From the NCBI GenBank assembly GCA_965216625.1, contig OZ244186.1, positions 1,612,315 to 1,676,314 of the forward strand: DNA of 64,000 nt, given 5' to 3'. Positions 1 to 10,919 of the stretch are shown here, piece after piece (position 1 is the stretch's first letter; the number at the start of each line of letters is the position of its first letter). The DNA comes from Alphaproteobacteria bacterium. GTDB lineage: Bacteria > Pseudomonadota > Alphaproteobacteria > JABAAW01. A program made the translations under genes and the position numbers. Below the pieces are notes generated by a model. It made no database searches, was not told the DNA's origin, and worked only from the letters and a program-made list of their open reading frames with translations.

Positions 1-2
1 AA

Positions 3-59
3 CGCGACGAGATTTTCGAGCTGTTGAAAAGCTTCGAGCATAGCGCCACTCGCCGATGA
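3..59 (+). CDS. 3' end of an upstream gene (partial, unidentified)
   Basis: Open frame RDEIFELLKSFEHSATRR* ending TGA at 57-59, just before ccmA. Confidence 0.3.
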   Translation, partial: RDEIFELLKSFEHSATRR

Positions 60-76
60 CACAAATAATGTAGCGC

Positions 77-748
77 GTGGCTAATCGTTATTTTTCTCAT
101 CGCTATCTTGAGGTAGAGCGGCTTTCGTGCGCGGTGGCGGGGCGACTTCTTTTTTCCGACTTGTCCTTCACCCTCGACGAAGGATGCTTGGCAACCCTGC
201 GCGGTGCGAACGGCAGCGGCAAGAGTTGCCTGTTGCACAGCCTGTGCGGCGTGGCGCAGCAGGGTGTGCGTACGAGGGGGCGCGTGCGATACCGCAGTCG
301 TCCCGCCGTCTCTTTTGAAGAGCTGGCTTCCTCCGAGCTTGCTTGCGAGGCGATGTTGGTCGGACACAACGCGCCTTTTCTGAGTGGCTTGAGCCTGTTT
401 GAAAACTTGCGCTTTTGGGCGCATATCTTTGCGCCGCGCTTACACGCCACAACGTTGCTTGTCGCGGCGCGCTGGTTTGCGCTCGAAGGATTTTGGCACT
501 CCTCCCTTTCGCGTTTGTCGGCAGGCGAGCGGCGGCGCGGTGCGCTGGCAATGTTGGCGTTGCGACCGCACGCGCGGCTGTGGCTGCTCGACGAGCCGCA
601 AGTCTCCCTCGATACGCAAGCGAGGCAAAGGCTGCATCGCTGCCTGCTCGCGCACTTGGAGCGCGGCGGGGTCGCCGTCATCGCCTTGCACGAGAATTTG
701 CCCAAGTCCTTGCAAAGCAGAGTGTGTGCCAACCTAACGCTGACATGA
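77..748 (+). CDS. ccmA: Heme ABC exporter ATP-binding protein CcmA
   Basis: Walker A GANGSGKS, LSAGERRR signature, LWLLDEP; first gene of ccm cluster. Confidence 0.9.
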   Translation: MANRYFSHRYLEVERLSCAVAGRLLFSDLSFTLDEGCLATLRGANGSGKSCLLHSLCGVAQQGVRTRGRVRYRSRPAVSFEELASSELACEAMLVGHNAPFLSGLSLFENLRFWAHIFAPRLHATTLLVAARWFALEGFWHSSLSRLSAGERRRGALAMLALRPHARLWLLDEPQVSLDTQARQRLHRCLLAHLERGGVAVIALHENLPKSLQSRVCANLTLT

Positions 749-1587
749 AAAACACGACACGCATGACAGACACGACGGGCAAGACGGGCAAGACGGATTT
801 TCTTTCCGCACGAGCTATTCCTCGCGCGAGTTTCCGAGATTCGTGGATCGTCTTCACTGCGCTGCTCGCGCGCGAGAGGAATCTCGCGCTCTTCGAGCGT
901 AGCGGCTTGTGGCTTTCGCCGTCGTTTGTGCTGTTGGCGAGCGCGACGCTGGCGTTCGCCCTCTCGACGCTTTCGCTCTCCTCGCCCACGCTGTACGCGG
1001 CGAACAGCGGCCTTCTGCTGTGCTTCGCTTGCATGCTGGGCTTGGAGGGGTGGCTGACGCGCGAGGGGGAGGGGGAGAGTCTTGTTTTCTATGCGCTCAG
1101 CGGTCAGAGCTGGCTTGTGTTTGTCGTTGCGAAGTTTACAAGCTTCCTCGTCTTGCGCGGTGTGCCTGCCGCGCTTGCGACGACTGGCTCGGTGTTGTTT
1201 TACCCGCGCCTAGAATCTTCGTTGCTTGCGTCCGTCTCGCTCGCGCTTCCTATAACGCTGTTATGCACGACAGCCCTTTCGGCGATCGGGCTTTTCATCG
1301 CAACCCTGACGCTGCAAGCAAAAGCACAGCAGCAGGCACGCGCCGAGAATGCCTTGCTGCTCGCGCTGCCGCTTTTTCTGCCTCCCTTGCTTTTGACGAT
1401 GTCGTGCTTGGCGGGAGGACTCTTGTCCGCTTCCTCAAACACATCCTCGTCCGCGCTTGCCCTGCCCTTCGTCCCTTCGCTATTGTTGCTGTGCGGTAGC
1501 GTCTTTTTGTCGCTCGCCCTGCTACCCGTCTGCGCGCTGCTGTTGGGCGCGGTTTCTCGCTCGCGTTCTGACGAGGAAAACTCGTAA
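745..1587 (+). CDS. ccmB: Heme exporter permease CcmB (divergent)
   Basis: Hydrophobic multi-TM protein with LLLALPLFLPPLL; ATGA overlap with ccmA stop; lies between ccmA and ccmC. Confidence 0.75.
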   Translation: MKNTTRMTDTTGKTGKTDFLSARAIPRASFRDSWIVFTALLARERNLALFERSGLWLSPSFVLLASATLAFALSTLSLSSPTLYAANSGLLLCFACMLGLEGWLTREGEGESLVFYALSGQSWLVFVVAKFTSFLVLRGVPAALATTGSVLFYPRLESSLLASVSLALPITLLCTTALSAIGLFIATLTLQAKAQQQARAENALLLALPLFLPPLLLTMSCLAGGLLSASSNTSSSALALPFVPSLLLLCGSVFLSLALLPVCALLLGAVSRSRSDEENS

Positions 1588-1620
1588 GATGGTCTTTTTC
1601 GCAAAACGCACACGCGCGCT

Positions 1621-2343
1621 ATGAAGCAACTTCTTCGATGGGCTCAGCCCTCCGCAGCTGTCAAGGTGGCAGCGCGCCTGCGCGGTGTCTGTCTGCTCGG
1701 CGCATTCTTGTTCGGCGGCGTAGGGCTGGTGTGGGGATTCTTCTTCGCTCCCGCCGACTACTTGCAAGGCGAATCGGTACGCATCCTCTATCTGCATGTT
1801 CCCGCCGCAACCCTCTCGACGCTGCTATACGCTACGATGGCATTAATGTCGCTCGGCTTTCTCGTGCTGCGACTGCCAAGCCTCGCGCTCGTCTGCCGCG
1901 CCATCGCACCGACAGGATTGCTGATGACCGCCTTGTGCTTGCTAACGGGGTCGCTGTGGGGAAAACTGAGCTGGGGAGCTTGGTGGGTGTGGGACGCGCG
2001 TCTAACCTCGCTGCTCGTGTTGTTCTTTATCTACATCGGCTACTTCGCGCTCGGCAACCTTTTTGCCGATGCCGCGCGCGCGCGAATCGCAACCTCGGTG
2101 TTCGTACTCGTAGGCGCCGTAGACCTGCCCATCGTCAAGTTCTCGGTCGAGTGGTGGTACAGCTTGCACCAACCCGCAAGCCTATTGCGCAAAGGCGGTA
2201 GCAGCATTCATCCCGACTTGTTACAACCCCTGTTGCTCTGCCTCGCGGGCGCAACCCTCTTCGCAGCTTGGGCGAGCTTCACCGCGTTCGAAAACATCAC
2301 GATGCGCACACGCTTGCAACGCAGGGCGCAGCAATTGCCATGA
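1621..2343 (+). CDS. ccmC: Heme exporter CcmC
   Basis: RILYLHVPAA, WWD motif WGAWWVWDARLT, WWYSLHQ. Confidence 0.95.
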   Translation: MKQLLRWAQPSAAVKVAARLRGVCLLGAFLFGGVGLVWGFFFAPADYLQGESVRILYLHVPAATLSTLLYATMALMSLGFLVLRLPSLALVCRAIAPTGLLMTALCLLTGSLWGKLSWGAWWVWDARLTSLLVLFFIYIGYFALGNLFADAARARIATSVFVLVGAVDLPIVKFSVEWWYSLHQPASLLRKGGSSIHPDLLQPLLLCLAGATLFAAWASFTAFENITMRTRLQRRAQQLP

Positions 2344-2504
2344 TTCCGCGTTTGACCTCTATGCTTGAGCATCTGAATTCGCTACCTGACTTGGTGCTTG
2401 TGGCGTACACTCTGTGCATCTGTGCGCTGCTGCTGTTCGCCTTGCGCTTGCGACGAGAGAGGGCAACTTTGCGCCACACGCTAAACAAACACGAAAGAGA
2501 TTGA
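2340..2504 (+). CDS. ccmD: Heme exporter protein CcmD
   Basis: 54-aa single-TM protein with basic tail; ATGA overlap with ccmC; directly before ccmE. Confidence 0.65.
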   Translation: MIPRLTSMLEHLNSLPDLVLVAYTLCICALLLFALRLRRERATLRHTLNKHERD

Positions 2505-2507
2505 GCG

Positions 2508-3017
2508 ATGGCAAAGTCTCGCAAATCTTCTCGTAGATTCTTTGGAAGGTCTTGGCGGAGGACGCAACGACTGACTGCGGCGTTCGTTTTGCTGGGCTGT
2601 CTGGGGGTGGGGACGCTCTTCGTGCTGACGGCGTTGCGGGAGAATGTCGTCTTCTTCCTTGTACCCTCGGACATCAAGGAGCGTCTTGCGGACGGCAGTT
2701 TGGCAGGAGGTCGCCTTCGACTAGGAGGGCTTGTGGTCGAGGGCAGCGTTGTCCGCAACAAAGCCAACGGCGAGGTGCGCTTTGTGGTGACGGACGGAGC
2801 AGAGCAGGTAGCGGTGCGCTATCGCGGACTTGTGCCGGATCTGTTTCGAGAAGGTCAGGGTGTCGTTGCGACAGGCACGCTGCAAACCTCGAAGCTGCAA
2901 CCCAATCTGCCGCTGCTGGAAGCCGAGCAGATCTTGGCAAAGCACGACGAATACTACATGCCGCCTGGGTTGGAGAAGGCTTTGAAAAAGCACAACCTTT
3001 GGCGCGAACAACCCTGA
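2508..3017 (+). CDS. ccmE: Heme chaperone CcmE
   Basis: PDLFREGQGVV and LAKHDEYYMPP heme-binding motif. Confidence 0.95.
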   Translation: MAKSRKSSRRFFGRSWRRTQRLTAAFVLLGCLGVGTLFVLTALRENVVFFLVPSDIKERLADGSLAGGRLRLGGLVVEGSVVRNKANGEVRFVVTDGAEQVAVRYRGLVPDLFREGQGVVATGTLQTSKLQPNLPLLEAEQILAKHDEYYMPPGLEKALKKHNLWREQP

Positions 3018-3042
3018 CCCATCTCTGACCCACCTTTAATCA

Positions 3043-5046
3043 ATGAGCGTTGAGATTGGTCACTACGCGTTGGTGTTGGCGTTCTGCACCTCCTTGGCGT
3101 TGGCTTTTGTGCCTGCGCTGGGGTTGCTTGCAAGTAGCCGTTCTGCCTCCGCGCTCGGCGGTGTCTCTGTGCCTGCCGTGGAGCTGGCGCGTCCTTTGGC
3201 AGTGTCGCTGTTCGTGCTGTGCTTTTGCGCTTGCGCGATGTTGATCCGCGCGTTTCGCGCGAGCGATTTTTCCGTTTTGCTCGTTTGGCAAAACTCGCAT
3301 TCGCAGAAGCCGATGCTCTACAAAGTTGCCGCGATGTGGGGCAACCACGAGGGGTCGATGCTACTATGGGTTTTCGTCCTGTGCTTGTTCGCGCTTGCGA
3401 TGGCTTTTTCGGAGCGCAAACCCTCTCGCCTGACGCTTCTGAGTCTTTCTGTGCAGGGCTGCCTTTGCGCGCTGTTTTTGGCATTCGTCCTCTTTTTTTC
3501 AAATCCCTTCGCGCGCGTGTTTCCTGTGCCTTGGGAGGGGGAGGGATTGAATCCGATTCTTCAGCATCCCGCGTTGGCGTTCCACCCCCCGATGCTCTAC
3601 TTGGGCTATGTCGGACTTTCGGCAGCCTTTAGCACGACGATCGCAGGACTGATCCTCGACGACTGCTCGCGCGAGTGGGCGGGGAAGGCGCGGCTGTGGA
3701 CGCTGGTGGCTTGGTGCTGCTTGGGCGCAGGAATCACGCTCGGTGCCTTTTGGGCTTACGAAGAGCTGGGATGGGGAGGCTTTTGGTTTTGGGACCCCGT
3801 CGAGAACGCATCGCTCATGCCGTGGCTGATGGCGACCGCCGCCTTGCACGCGCTGCGCTCGTATATCGTCCAGCTTCGCTTGCATACTTGGGCGGTGCTG
3901 CTCGTGTTGCTCGGCTTCAGCGCAAGCTTGCTCGGTACCTTTCTAGTGCGCTCAGGCGTGTTGGTCTCGGTACATAGTTTTGCTAGCGACCCCCTCAGAG
4001 GGCTGGTCATCCTGCTCTGCGTCACCTTGCTGAGCGGTGCCGCCTTGGCGCTGTTCGCCTGGCGCACGGGAGGGAGGGGCGAGAGTGCTTTCTCCGCACG
4101 CTCAGTGCTGCCGCTTTTTTCGCGCGAGATCGCACAGCTGTTGAACGCGCTGCTGTTGAGCCTGTGCGCGGGGCTGGTCATGCTTGCCACGCTGTATCCT
4201 CTGTTCTTCGAGCTTTTTAGCCAACAGAGTTTGTCGATAGGTCCTCCGTATTATGGAGTTGTGCTTACGCCGTTTTTTCTTTTTCTGCTGGCCGTGCTGG
4301 GCTTGTTGCCCGTCTTGGGCTGGGGAGGCAGCTCGACGGCACGGCTTCGACGACACGCGATGCGCTTCGTGCCTGTCGCGTGCGGGTTTGGACTAGCATT
4401 CTTCCTCGCAACCCGCACGAGCGCAACCGCGGCGATCGCAGCAGCTTTGGGCGCATGGGTTTTGTTGGGCGCATGGAGAACAAAATCGGCAAAGGATGCG
4501 CGCGGCAGCGCGCTTGCGCACGCGGGTGTGGGGATCGTGGTGATAGCGATCGCGGGCGCGAGCCTCACCGATGTCGAAAAGTTTCGCTCGATGGGCAAAG
4601 GCGATCGCATCACGCTGAACGCGCCGCTTGGCGTAGAGACCTTGGAACTGCGGGAGCTGTTTGAGCGCAAGGGAGTCAACTTCACAGAACGCGGCGCACG
4701 CTTCGCGTTTGTCGGCAAGGAAGGCAAGAAGAAAGGCGAGAAGGGAGGCGAGGCTGGGATTGATAAGGAACGCGGCATACTTTCGCCCTCGCGTCGTGTG
4801 TATCCTCCTCGTGGTCTTGAGACGACGGAGGCAGCGATTGATCGCTCGCTTTTGCGCGATATTTATGTCACAATGTCTTATGCCGACACGCGCGGTGCGA
4901 CAAGCGTTTCAGACGAAGTTGTCTCGGTGCGCGTGCAAAGCAAGCCCTTGATGTTTTGGGTTTGGGGAGGTGCGCTCGTCATGGTTATTGGTGGCGTTCT
5001 TTCCCTTTTGTCCCCTTTGTTGCCCTCGCGCAAGCGCCGCCGATGA
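3043..5046 (+). CDS. ccmF: Heme lyase CcmF
   Basis: WGNHEGS, HPPMLYLGY, WGGFWFWDPVEN, SVHSFA. Confidence 0.95.
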   Translation: MSVEIGHYALVLAFCTSLALAFVPALGLLASSRSASALGGVSVPAVELARPLAVSLFVLCFCACAMLIRAFRASDFSVLLVWQNSHSQKPMLYKVAAMWGNHEGSMLLWVFVLCLFALAMAFSERKPSRLTLLSLSVQGCLCALFLAFVLFFSNPFARVFPVPWEGEGLNPILQHPALAFHPPMLYLGYVGLSAAFSTTIAGLILDDCSREWAGKARLWTLVAWCCLGAGITLGAFWAYEELGWGGFWFWDPVENASLMPWLMATAALHALRSYIVQLRLHTWAVLLVLLGFSASLLGTFLVRSGVLVSVHSFASDPLRGLVILLCVTLLSGAALALFAWRTGGRGESAFSARSVLPLFSREIAQLLNALLLSLCAGLVMLATLYPLFFELFSQQSLSIGPPYYGVVLTPFFLFLLAVLGLLPVLGWGGSSTARLRRHAMRFVPVACGFGLAFFLATRTSATAAIAAALGAWVLLGAWRTKSAKDARGSALAHAGVGIVVIAIAGASLTDVEKFRSMGKGDRITLNAPLGVETLELRELFERKGVNFTERGARFAFVGKEGKKKGEKGGEAGIDKERGILSPSRRVYPPRGLETTEAAIDRSLLRDIYVTMSYADTRGATSVSDEVVSVRVQSKPLMFWVWGGALVMVIGGVLSLLSPLLPSRKRRR

Positions 5047-5609
5047 GATTCTCTCTAATACCCCTTGTGGCTTTCGTCGTCGTTGCAGGCTTCTTGGGCT
5101 ACTTCTTCCTGCCTGAGCTGATGGAGGGCAAGAAAAGCATGTCGCTACGCAGCATGACCGAGAGTCGCATGCGCCTCATGCCGCGCTTTCGTCTTCCTGC
5201 GCTCGCCGAAGAGAGTGCCGCCAACCTAGCTGTGATGAGCGATACCGTTCTCACCTCGCAAGACACGCCTATCGTTGTGAACTTTTTTGCAAGCTGGTGT
5301 CAGCCCTGCCTCGCCGAACATCCTCTGCTGGTAGAATTGTCCGACAACCGCCAAGTGCGCGTCTTCGGCATCGCTTGGCGCGACAGCAGCGACAAGGCAC
5401 AAGCGTGGCTGCGACAGCACGGCAATCCGTTTTTCCTCGTCGGCATCGACGAAGACAGCAAGGCGGGGATCGAATGGGGAATCGCCGGCGTTCCCGAAAC
5501 CTTCTTCTTGGACCGAGCAGGAACGATCCGCTTTGTCCACACAGGACCCCTGACGCGCGAAAGCCTCAACAAAGGGTTGGAGGCAATCAAGGTCAAGCCC
5601 GGCTCTTGA
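5043..5609 (+). CDS. ccmG: Thiol:disulfide oxidoreductase CcmG/DsbE
   Basis: VNFFASWCQPC, GVPETF; ATGA overlap with ccmF. Confidence 0.92.
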   Translation: MRFSLIPLVAFVVVAGFLGYFFLPELMEGKKSMSLRSMTESRMRLMPRFRLPALAEESAANLAVMSDTVLTSQDTPIVVNFFASWCQPCLAEHPLLVELSDNRQVRVFGIAWRDSSDKAQAWLRQHGNPFFLVGIDEDSKAGIEWGIAGVPETFFLDRAGTIRFVHTGPLTRESLNKGLEAIKVKPGS

Positions 5610-5619
5610 CATCCGAACA

Positions 5620-6066
5620 ATGCGCACAACCTCGCGCACAACAGCAAGAAACGTTGCGCGCTGCTCTGCTATCAGCCTGCTCGCCGCGCTCGCTTTGTTT
5701 GCGCCGTCAGACGCGCTAGCGCAACGCGACACGCTCAATCTGTCGGAAAGTTCGTCGGACAAGACGCTCGATCGTCGCTTGCAATCGCTCTACCGCCAAA
5801 TCCGCTGTCCTGTCTGCCCTGCACAACCCATTTCAGAATCGGAAGCGCCGCTCAGCCGTATCCTCAGAGATGAACTGCGGACGCAAATTGTTGCGGGCAA
5901 AAGCGAAGAAGAAGCCTTGTCGTGGCTTGTCGAACGCTACGGCGAAGGAGTTCTGCTAAGACCGCGCTTCGATTCTGCAGCCCTGCTGTGGCTCGCGCCC
6001 GTGTTGTGCGTGTTGGTCGCGCTCGGCGTGCTGCGCGCCTATACGAAACGCCGCCGCGTGCGTTGA
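5620..6066 (+). CDS. ccmH: Cytochrome c biogenesis protein CcmH
   Basis: IRCPVC, ERYGEGVLLRP, LLWLAP. Confidence 0.92.
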   Translation: MRTTSRTTARNVARCSAISLLAALALFAPSDALAQRDTLNLSESSSDKTLDRRLQSLYRQIRCPVCPAQPISESEAPLSRILRDELRTQIVAGKSEEEALSWLVERYGEGVLLRPRFDSAALLWLAPVLCVLVALGVLRAYTKRRRVR

Positions 6067-6088
6067 TTTTTTCGCGAGGCTTTGTCGC

Positions 6089-6706
6089 TTGAGGGCTGTG
6101 CTTCTTTTTTTTCTCTGCGCAAACCTGCTGCTGCTGGTAGCGCTCGCTGCCGCCTTGCCGAAAGGGAGACGGTTGCTGGCGATGATCTGCTTGGGGTTGT
6201 TTTTGCCTGGGTTGTCGTTAGTTTTGTACGCGTATCTGGGACATATTTGGCTTCCCGACCACCCCTTGCTACAACGCACGGCGAGCGCGCAACAGGAGGC
6301 GCGTGATGTCGATACGGCGGCGATGGCGGCAGAGGAGGCTTTTGCCGCCCTTTCGCCCGAAGAGCGTGCAGAGCGGATTCGTACGATGGTGGCATCTCTT
6401 TCGGAAAGGCTTGCGCGCAACGGCGGCACACCGCAGGAGTGGTTGCGCTTGGCACGCGCCGAAAGCACGCTCGGCTTTAAAGACAAGGCGCGCGCGGCGT
6501 TGGAGCAGGCGGAAGCACGCCATCTGGGGTTGCGGCGGCAAAAAGCATGGCTTGCCGCGTCCCTCGCCGTTTTGCTGACATCCCCCTTGGATAGCAAGGA
6601 CAAACAGCGTGTGAGACGACAGCTGAGGGAAGCGAAGATTCTGTTCGGCAAGGCCGATGCCGACATCAAAGCTCTTGAAGAAAAGCTGCTTCCGTTGTTA
6701 CAATAG
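6089..6706 (+). CDS. ccmI: CcmI/CycH-like apocytochrome chaperone (short, TPR-like)
   Basis: LYAYLG after TM segment, IRTMVASLSERL...WLRLARA; last gene of ccm cluster; start uncertain. Confidence 0.65.
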   Translation: MRAVLLFFLCANLLLLVALAAALPKGRRLLAMICLGLFLPGLSLVLYAYLGHIWLPDHPLLQRTASAQQEARDVDTAAMAAEEAFAALSPEERAERIRTMVASLSERLARNGGTPQEWLRLARAESTLGFKDKARAALEQAEARHLGLRRQKAWLAASLAVLLTSPLDSKDKQRVRRQLREAKILFGKADADIKALEEKLLPLLQ

Positions 6707-6740
6707 AGGACATATTTTTTTTCTTGTTGAGGGTTCTCTT

Positions 6741-7226
6741 GTGTCGTCTTCTGCTGTCGCTCATCCACCTTCTCGCTCGTTGGGCAACGTTCTTTCGCTT
6801 CTCGAGTCTGTTCGCGCGAACACCTACGGTCAGATTGTTGTTCGTCAGTCTTCGTTGTTCGGTTTTTTTCACGACAACGCGAGCTACATGCTTGAGCAGC
6901 GTGAGGAGCGTAGTCTTCGTTTGTTCGGCTTTGTGGGCTATGTCGCCTATTCTGTAGAGTCTGGCAGCCTGCGTCGTCACAAGACTCTTGCGACGATTGC
7001 GGAGGCAAACGCCGAGGCTGCGGCGCAAGCGTTTCCTGTGCGCTATCATGTGACCCCTCGGCAAATGATCTGCCTTGTGTGCGAGAGCGCGTTGGAACAA
7101 AAGGTCGAGGACGCAGAGATCGCGAAGGTTTTGGCGCTGGTCGTGCAAATTCTTCTGTTCTGCTCACCGCTGACGGCACGCATCCAAGCCTACGCTGTGC
7201 CTGGCGAAAATCTGCGCTCTCTCTAG
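6741..7226 (+). CDS. Hypothetical protein
   Basis: ORF fills the gap between ccmI and hisZ; GTG start assumed; no recognised motif. Confidence 0.5.
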   Translation: MSSSAVAHPPSRSLGNVLSLLESVRANTYGQIVVRQSSLFGFFHDNASYMLEQREERSLRLFGFVGYVAYSVESGSLRRHKTLATIAEANAEAAAQAFPVRYHVTPRQMICLVCESALEQKVEDAEIAKVLALVVQILLFCSPLTARIQAYAVPGENLRSL

Positions 7227-7235
7227 GTACAAGCC

Positions 7236-8378
7236 TTGTTGCCCGAAGGTTTCTACGACCTGCTCGAAGGTCAGGTCGAACGCGAGCAATCCTTAGAGCA
7301 AACCCTCTTGTCGTTGCTCGAGGGTTTCGGCTATCAACGCATCGCGCCCTCGTTGGTCGAATACGAGGATTCGTTGCTCGCGCACGGCGTGCGACAAGCG
7401 CAAGGCGAGCACTGCTTTCGCGTCGTCGATCAGGCGACGCAACGCATGATGGCGATTCGCTGCGACATGACGATGCAGGCGGCGCGACTGGCAGCAACAC
7501 GATTGCGTAGCGAGGTGCGTCCTTTGCGCCTGTCCTATGCGGGCATCAGCCTTCGTACGCGTGCGAGTAATGCTAAGCCGCATCGTCAGTTCTCGCAATT
7601 GGGCTGCGAGCAGTTCGGAGCAGAATCGCCCAAAGCCTACGCCGAGATTCTCACGCTTGCCGCCGCAGCCTTGACCCGCTGCGGCGTCTTGCAACCCCTC
7701 ATCGAGTTAGCTGCGCCTACGGTCGTGCGGCAGATCTGCGAGGCGCACGGCTTGGACGAAGAGCAGCGCGCGCTGCTGACGACAAGCTTTGCCGAGCGCA
7801 ACAAAGAATCGTTGAACAAGCTTGCTTGCCAAGAATTGGCACAAGCTTGTTGTCAGCTGCTCGCGCTCAGAGGCGAGGCGCACGCGACGTTACGCGCCTT
7901 GAGGCAGCTGAGCGAGCAACAAGCCTACCTTGCGCCGCTGTCTGGGCAGTGGCTTTTGTTGGAACAGACTCTCGCTGCTGCCGACTTGCCCTCCTCGCTT
8001 ACCCTTACGCTCGACCCCGTCGAGACGAGAGGGTTTTCCTACCACGACTCCTTCGCCTTCACGCTGCTATGCCACGGCGCGCGCGGCGCGTTGGGACGCG
8101 GCGGCGCGTATCGCTCAAAGTGGGACGCCGAGCCTGCCTGCGGTTGCTCCTTCTACCTCGATGCGCTCGCCTGTATGATCGCCTTTCCGCCTGCCCGTCC
8201 GCGAATTTACGCCGCGCACGACGCGACGCGCGATGCCGTGCGACGACAGCGAACGAAAGGAGTCGTCGTTATCCAAGCCCTGTGCGAGCAATCGCCCGCA
8301 GACACCTTGCGCGCTGCAAAGGACAACCGATGCTCGCAAGTGTTGCGCGGCGACGATACCTTGCAAGAATTGTCGTGA
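7236..8378 (+). CDS. hisZ: ATP phosphoribosyltransferase regulatory subunit HisZ
   Basis: [38 protein letters not shown]; precedes purA as is typical. Confidence 0.9.
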   Translation: MLPEGFYDLLEGQVEREQSLEQTLLSLLEGFGYQRIAPSLVEYEDSLLAHGVRQAQGEHCFRVVDQATQRMMAIRCDMTMQAARLAATRLRSEVRPLRLSYAGISLRTRASNAKPHRQFSQLGCEQFGAESPKAYAEILTLAAAALTRCGVLQPLIELAAPTVVRQICEAHGLDEEQRALLTTSFAERNKESLNKLACQELAQACCQLLALRGEAHATLRALRQLSEQQAYLAPLSGQWLLLEQTLAAADLPSSLTLTLDPVETRGFSYHDSFAFTLLCHGARGALGRGGAYRSKWDAEPACGCSFYLDALACMIAFPPARPRIYAAHDATRDAVRRQRTKGVVVIQALCEQSPADTLRAAKDNRCSQVLRGDDTLQELS

Positions 8379-8388
8379 GGAAATTGCT

Positions 8389-9669
8389 ATGAGCTGCGTT
8401 ACGGTTGTGGGAACGCAATGGGGCGACGAGGGGAAGGGGAAGATCGTCGACTGGCTTTCCGAGCGTGCCGACATCATCGTTCGTTTTCAAGGCGGTCACA
8501 ACGCGGGACACACGCTTGTGATCGACGGGGAGACCTACAAGCTTCGTCTTCTACCATCGGGGATCGTGCGCAAGAACAAGCTCGCGGTGATTGCGAGCGG
8601 TGTCGTGATCGATCCGCAGGCGTTGCTGGAAGAAATCTCCGAGCTGCGAGCGCGCGGCATTACGATCGACGAGCAAAACCTTGCGATCGCGGAGAACGCG
8701 GCGTTGATTCTACCGCTCCATCGTTTGATCGACCAGCATCAAGAGCAAACGCGCGGTAGCGGCATCGGCACGACCTTGCGCGGTATCGGTCCTGCTTACG
8801 CCGACCGCGCGGCACGGCGGGGTTTGCGTCTGTGCGATCTTGCCGACTCCTCCTACCTCCGCTTGAGAACAGAGGCTCTTTTGAGGCATCACACGCCTTT
8901 GTTGAACGATGCGGGTATGAGGGTGCCTACGCTCCAAGAGCTGCTAGAGCCTTTGCAGCAGGCAGCAGCGCAATTGCTAGCGTTTGCGCAGCCCGTCTGG
9001 CAGCTGTTTGAAAAACGACGCCACGCGCAGATCTTGTTCGAGGGGGCGCAGGGCATCCATCTCGATCTTGACCATGGAACTTTTCCTTATGTGACCTCGT
9101 CGCAGACGGTGCCGGCGCAAGCCGCTTGCAGCAGCGGAGTAGCCGCCGCGCGCATAGGCTTCGTGTTGGGCATCACCAAAGCCTACACAACGCGCGTAGG
9201 CTTAGGACCTTTTCCTAGCGAGCAGAACAACGCCATCGGAGAACGCTTAGGAAAACTCGGCCATGAGTTCGGCACTGTCACCCAACGCAAGCGACGCTGC
9301 GGATGGTTCGATGCGGTGTTGGTGCGCCAAGCGGGCATCGTCGGCGGCATCGACGGCATCGCGCTGACAAAGATGGATGTGCTCGACGACTTCGACGAGA
9401 TAAAAGTCTGCACCTCATATCTAATTGACGGAGAAGCTTGGACACGCCTGCCGCCGCATCCGTTTCTGCAAGCACGAGCAACTCCTGTCTTCGAGACGAT
9501 GGAGGGATGGCGCGAATCGACAAAGGGGGCAAGGCGATGGGCAGACTTACCCGCGCAAGCCATCAAGTATGTCAGGCGCATCGAAGAGCTGATCGAGCGT
9601 CCCGTCACCATGCTGTCGACCAGTCCGAAACGCGAGGATGTGATCCTTGTCCGAGACCCCTTTGCATAA
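8389..9669 (+). CDS. purA: Adenylosuccinate synthase
   Basis: [30 protein letters not shown]. Confidence 0.97.
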   Translation: MSCVTVVGTQWGDEGKGKIVDWLSERADIIVRFQGGHNAGHTLVIDGETYKLRLLPSGIVRKNKLAVIASGVVIDPQALLEEISELRARGITIDEQNLAIAENAALILPLHRLIDQHQEQTRGSGIGTTLRGIGPAYADRAARRGLRLCDLADSSYLRLRTEALLRHHTPLLNDAGMRVPTLQELLEPLQQAAAQLLAFAQPVWQLFEKRRHAQILFEGAQGIHLDLDHGTFPYVTSSQTVPAQAACSSGVAAARIGFVLGITKAYTTRVGLGPFPSEQNNAIGERLGKLGHEFGTVTQRKRRCGWFDAVLVRQAGIVGGIDGIALTKMDVLDDFDEIKVCTSYLIDGEAWTRLPPHPFLQARATPVFETMEGWRESTKGARRWADLPAQAIKYVRRIEELIERPVTMLSTSPKREDVILVRDPFA

Positions 9670-10849
9670 AGCCGCGCAAAAGGCAGCTTACGATAGGCAA
9701 AGCGTCACCGCCGTCTTGGGGGAAAAGGTGGCACAAGGAGATCTGCACCTCGACCCCGCGCAAGCGAAAGCTGCCAAAATCTTGGATCGGCTGCACGAGC
9801 GATTGATCGAGGAGTACGAGAGGCATCGTTTTTTAAAACGCCTGTTTAAGAGTTGGAACAAGACACGCGACAAAACGTTGCGCGGGCTTTACTTGTGGGG
9901 CAAGCCTGGCAGCGGCAAGAGCTTGCTGATGGACATGTTTTTTGAAAGCATCGAAGCCTCGCCTACGCTGGCATCGTTGACGCGTCGTCGCACGCACTTT
10001 CTGCCTTTTATGGAAGAGACGCACGCGGCGATCGAGCGTCTCAACAACAGCAGTCTGCGCAATTCCCGCGATCCTATAGAGCGGATTGCTAAGCGCGTCG
10101 CCAAGGAGAGCCGTCTGCTTTGTTTCGACGAGTTTATCGTCGAGGACATTGCGGATGCCATGCTCATGGGACGCTTGTTTGCTTCCCTCGCAAAACGAGG
10201 CGTGGTGTTGGTTGCCACCTCCAACTTTGCGCCTGAGGATTTGTACAAGGACGGCTTCAAGCGCGACAACTTCCTCCCTTTCTTGCGGCTCTTGCGGCAG
10301 GCCGTTGTATCGGTGCAAGTCTGTAGCGAGGACGACTACCGCTCGGTCGCGCTGGCAAGGCAGGGGAGAGACTTGTGGTTCAGGGGGAGGGAGGGAGGAA
10401 AACGCATGCACGCTACCTTCGCGCAGTTCGTAGAGACGCAGAAAGAGAATCAGTTTTTGCCGTGCGATGGTCGCCCGATTCTGTTGCGACGCACGGGCGC
10501 GCCTTCTGAAAGGTTGCGAGCGAGGGGGCTTGTGAGGAATGTCGTATGGTGTGGATTTGCCGACTTGTGTCAGACGGCGCGTGGCGTTCGAGATTATAAT
10601 GTCTTGTTGGATTGTTGCGATGTGTTGTTTTTGGCGGATTTCCCTGTTTTGGATGAGACGCAGCGTAATGGCGCGAAGCGTTTTATGCGTTTAGTTGATT
10701 TGTTTTACGAGCGGCGTGCGTTGGTGTTGTGTCATAGTTTTGCTGCTTCGCCGCGTGCGTTGTATAGGGGGGGTAGTCATGCGCGGGAGTTTTTGAGGAC
10801 GGCGTCGCGCTTGGAGGAGATGTTGGCGAGGGCGCACGCTTTGTTGTAG
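9647..10849 (+). CDS. zapE: AFG1-family ATPase ZapE
   Basis: [38 protein letters not shown]. Confidence 0.9.
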   Translation: MSETPLHKAAQKAAYDRQSVTAVLGEKVAQGDLHLDPAQAKAAKILDRLHERLIEEYERHRFLKRLFKSWNKTRDKTLRGLYLWGKPGSGKSLLMDMFFESIEASPTLASLTRRRTHFLPFMEETHAAIERLNNSSLRNSRDPIERIAKRVAKESRLLCFDEFIVEDIADAMLMGRLFASLAKRGVVLVATSNFAPEDLYKDGFKRDNFLPFLRLLRQAVVSVQVCSEDDYRSVALARQGRDLWFRGREGGKRMHATFAQFVETQKENQFLPCDGRPILLRRTGAPSERLRARGLVRNVVWCGFADLCQTARGVRDYNVLLDCCDVLFLADFPVLDETQRNGAKRFMRLVDLFYERRALVLCHSFAASPRALYRGGSHAREFLRTASRLEEMLARAHALL

Positions 10850-10919
10850 TTGCGAGGCGCGAGCAAGATGAATCTGTATTTTTCATAGGATCTGTATTTT
10901 TCATGCTAGAATACACAGA

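Noticed and set aside
77-6706. Contiguous ccmABCDEFGHI as unusual
   Set aside because: A single ccm operon is known in many proteobacteria.
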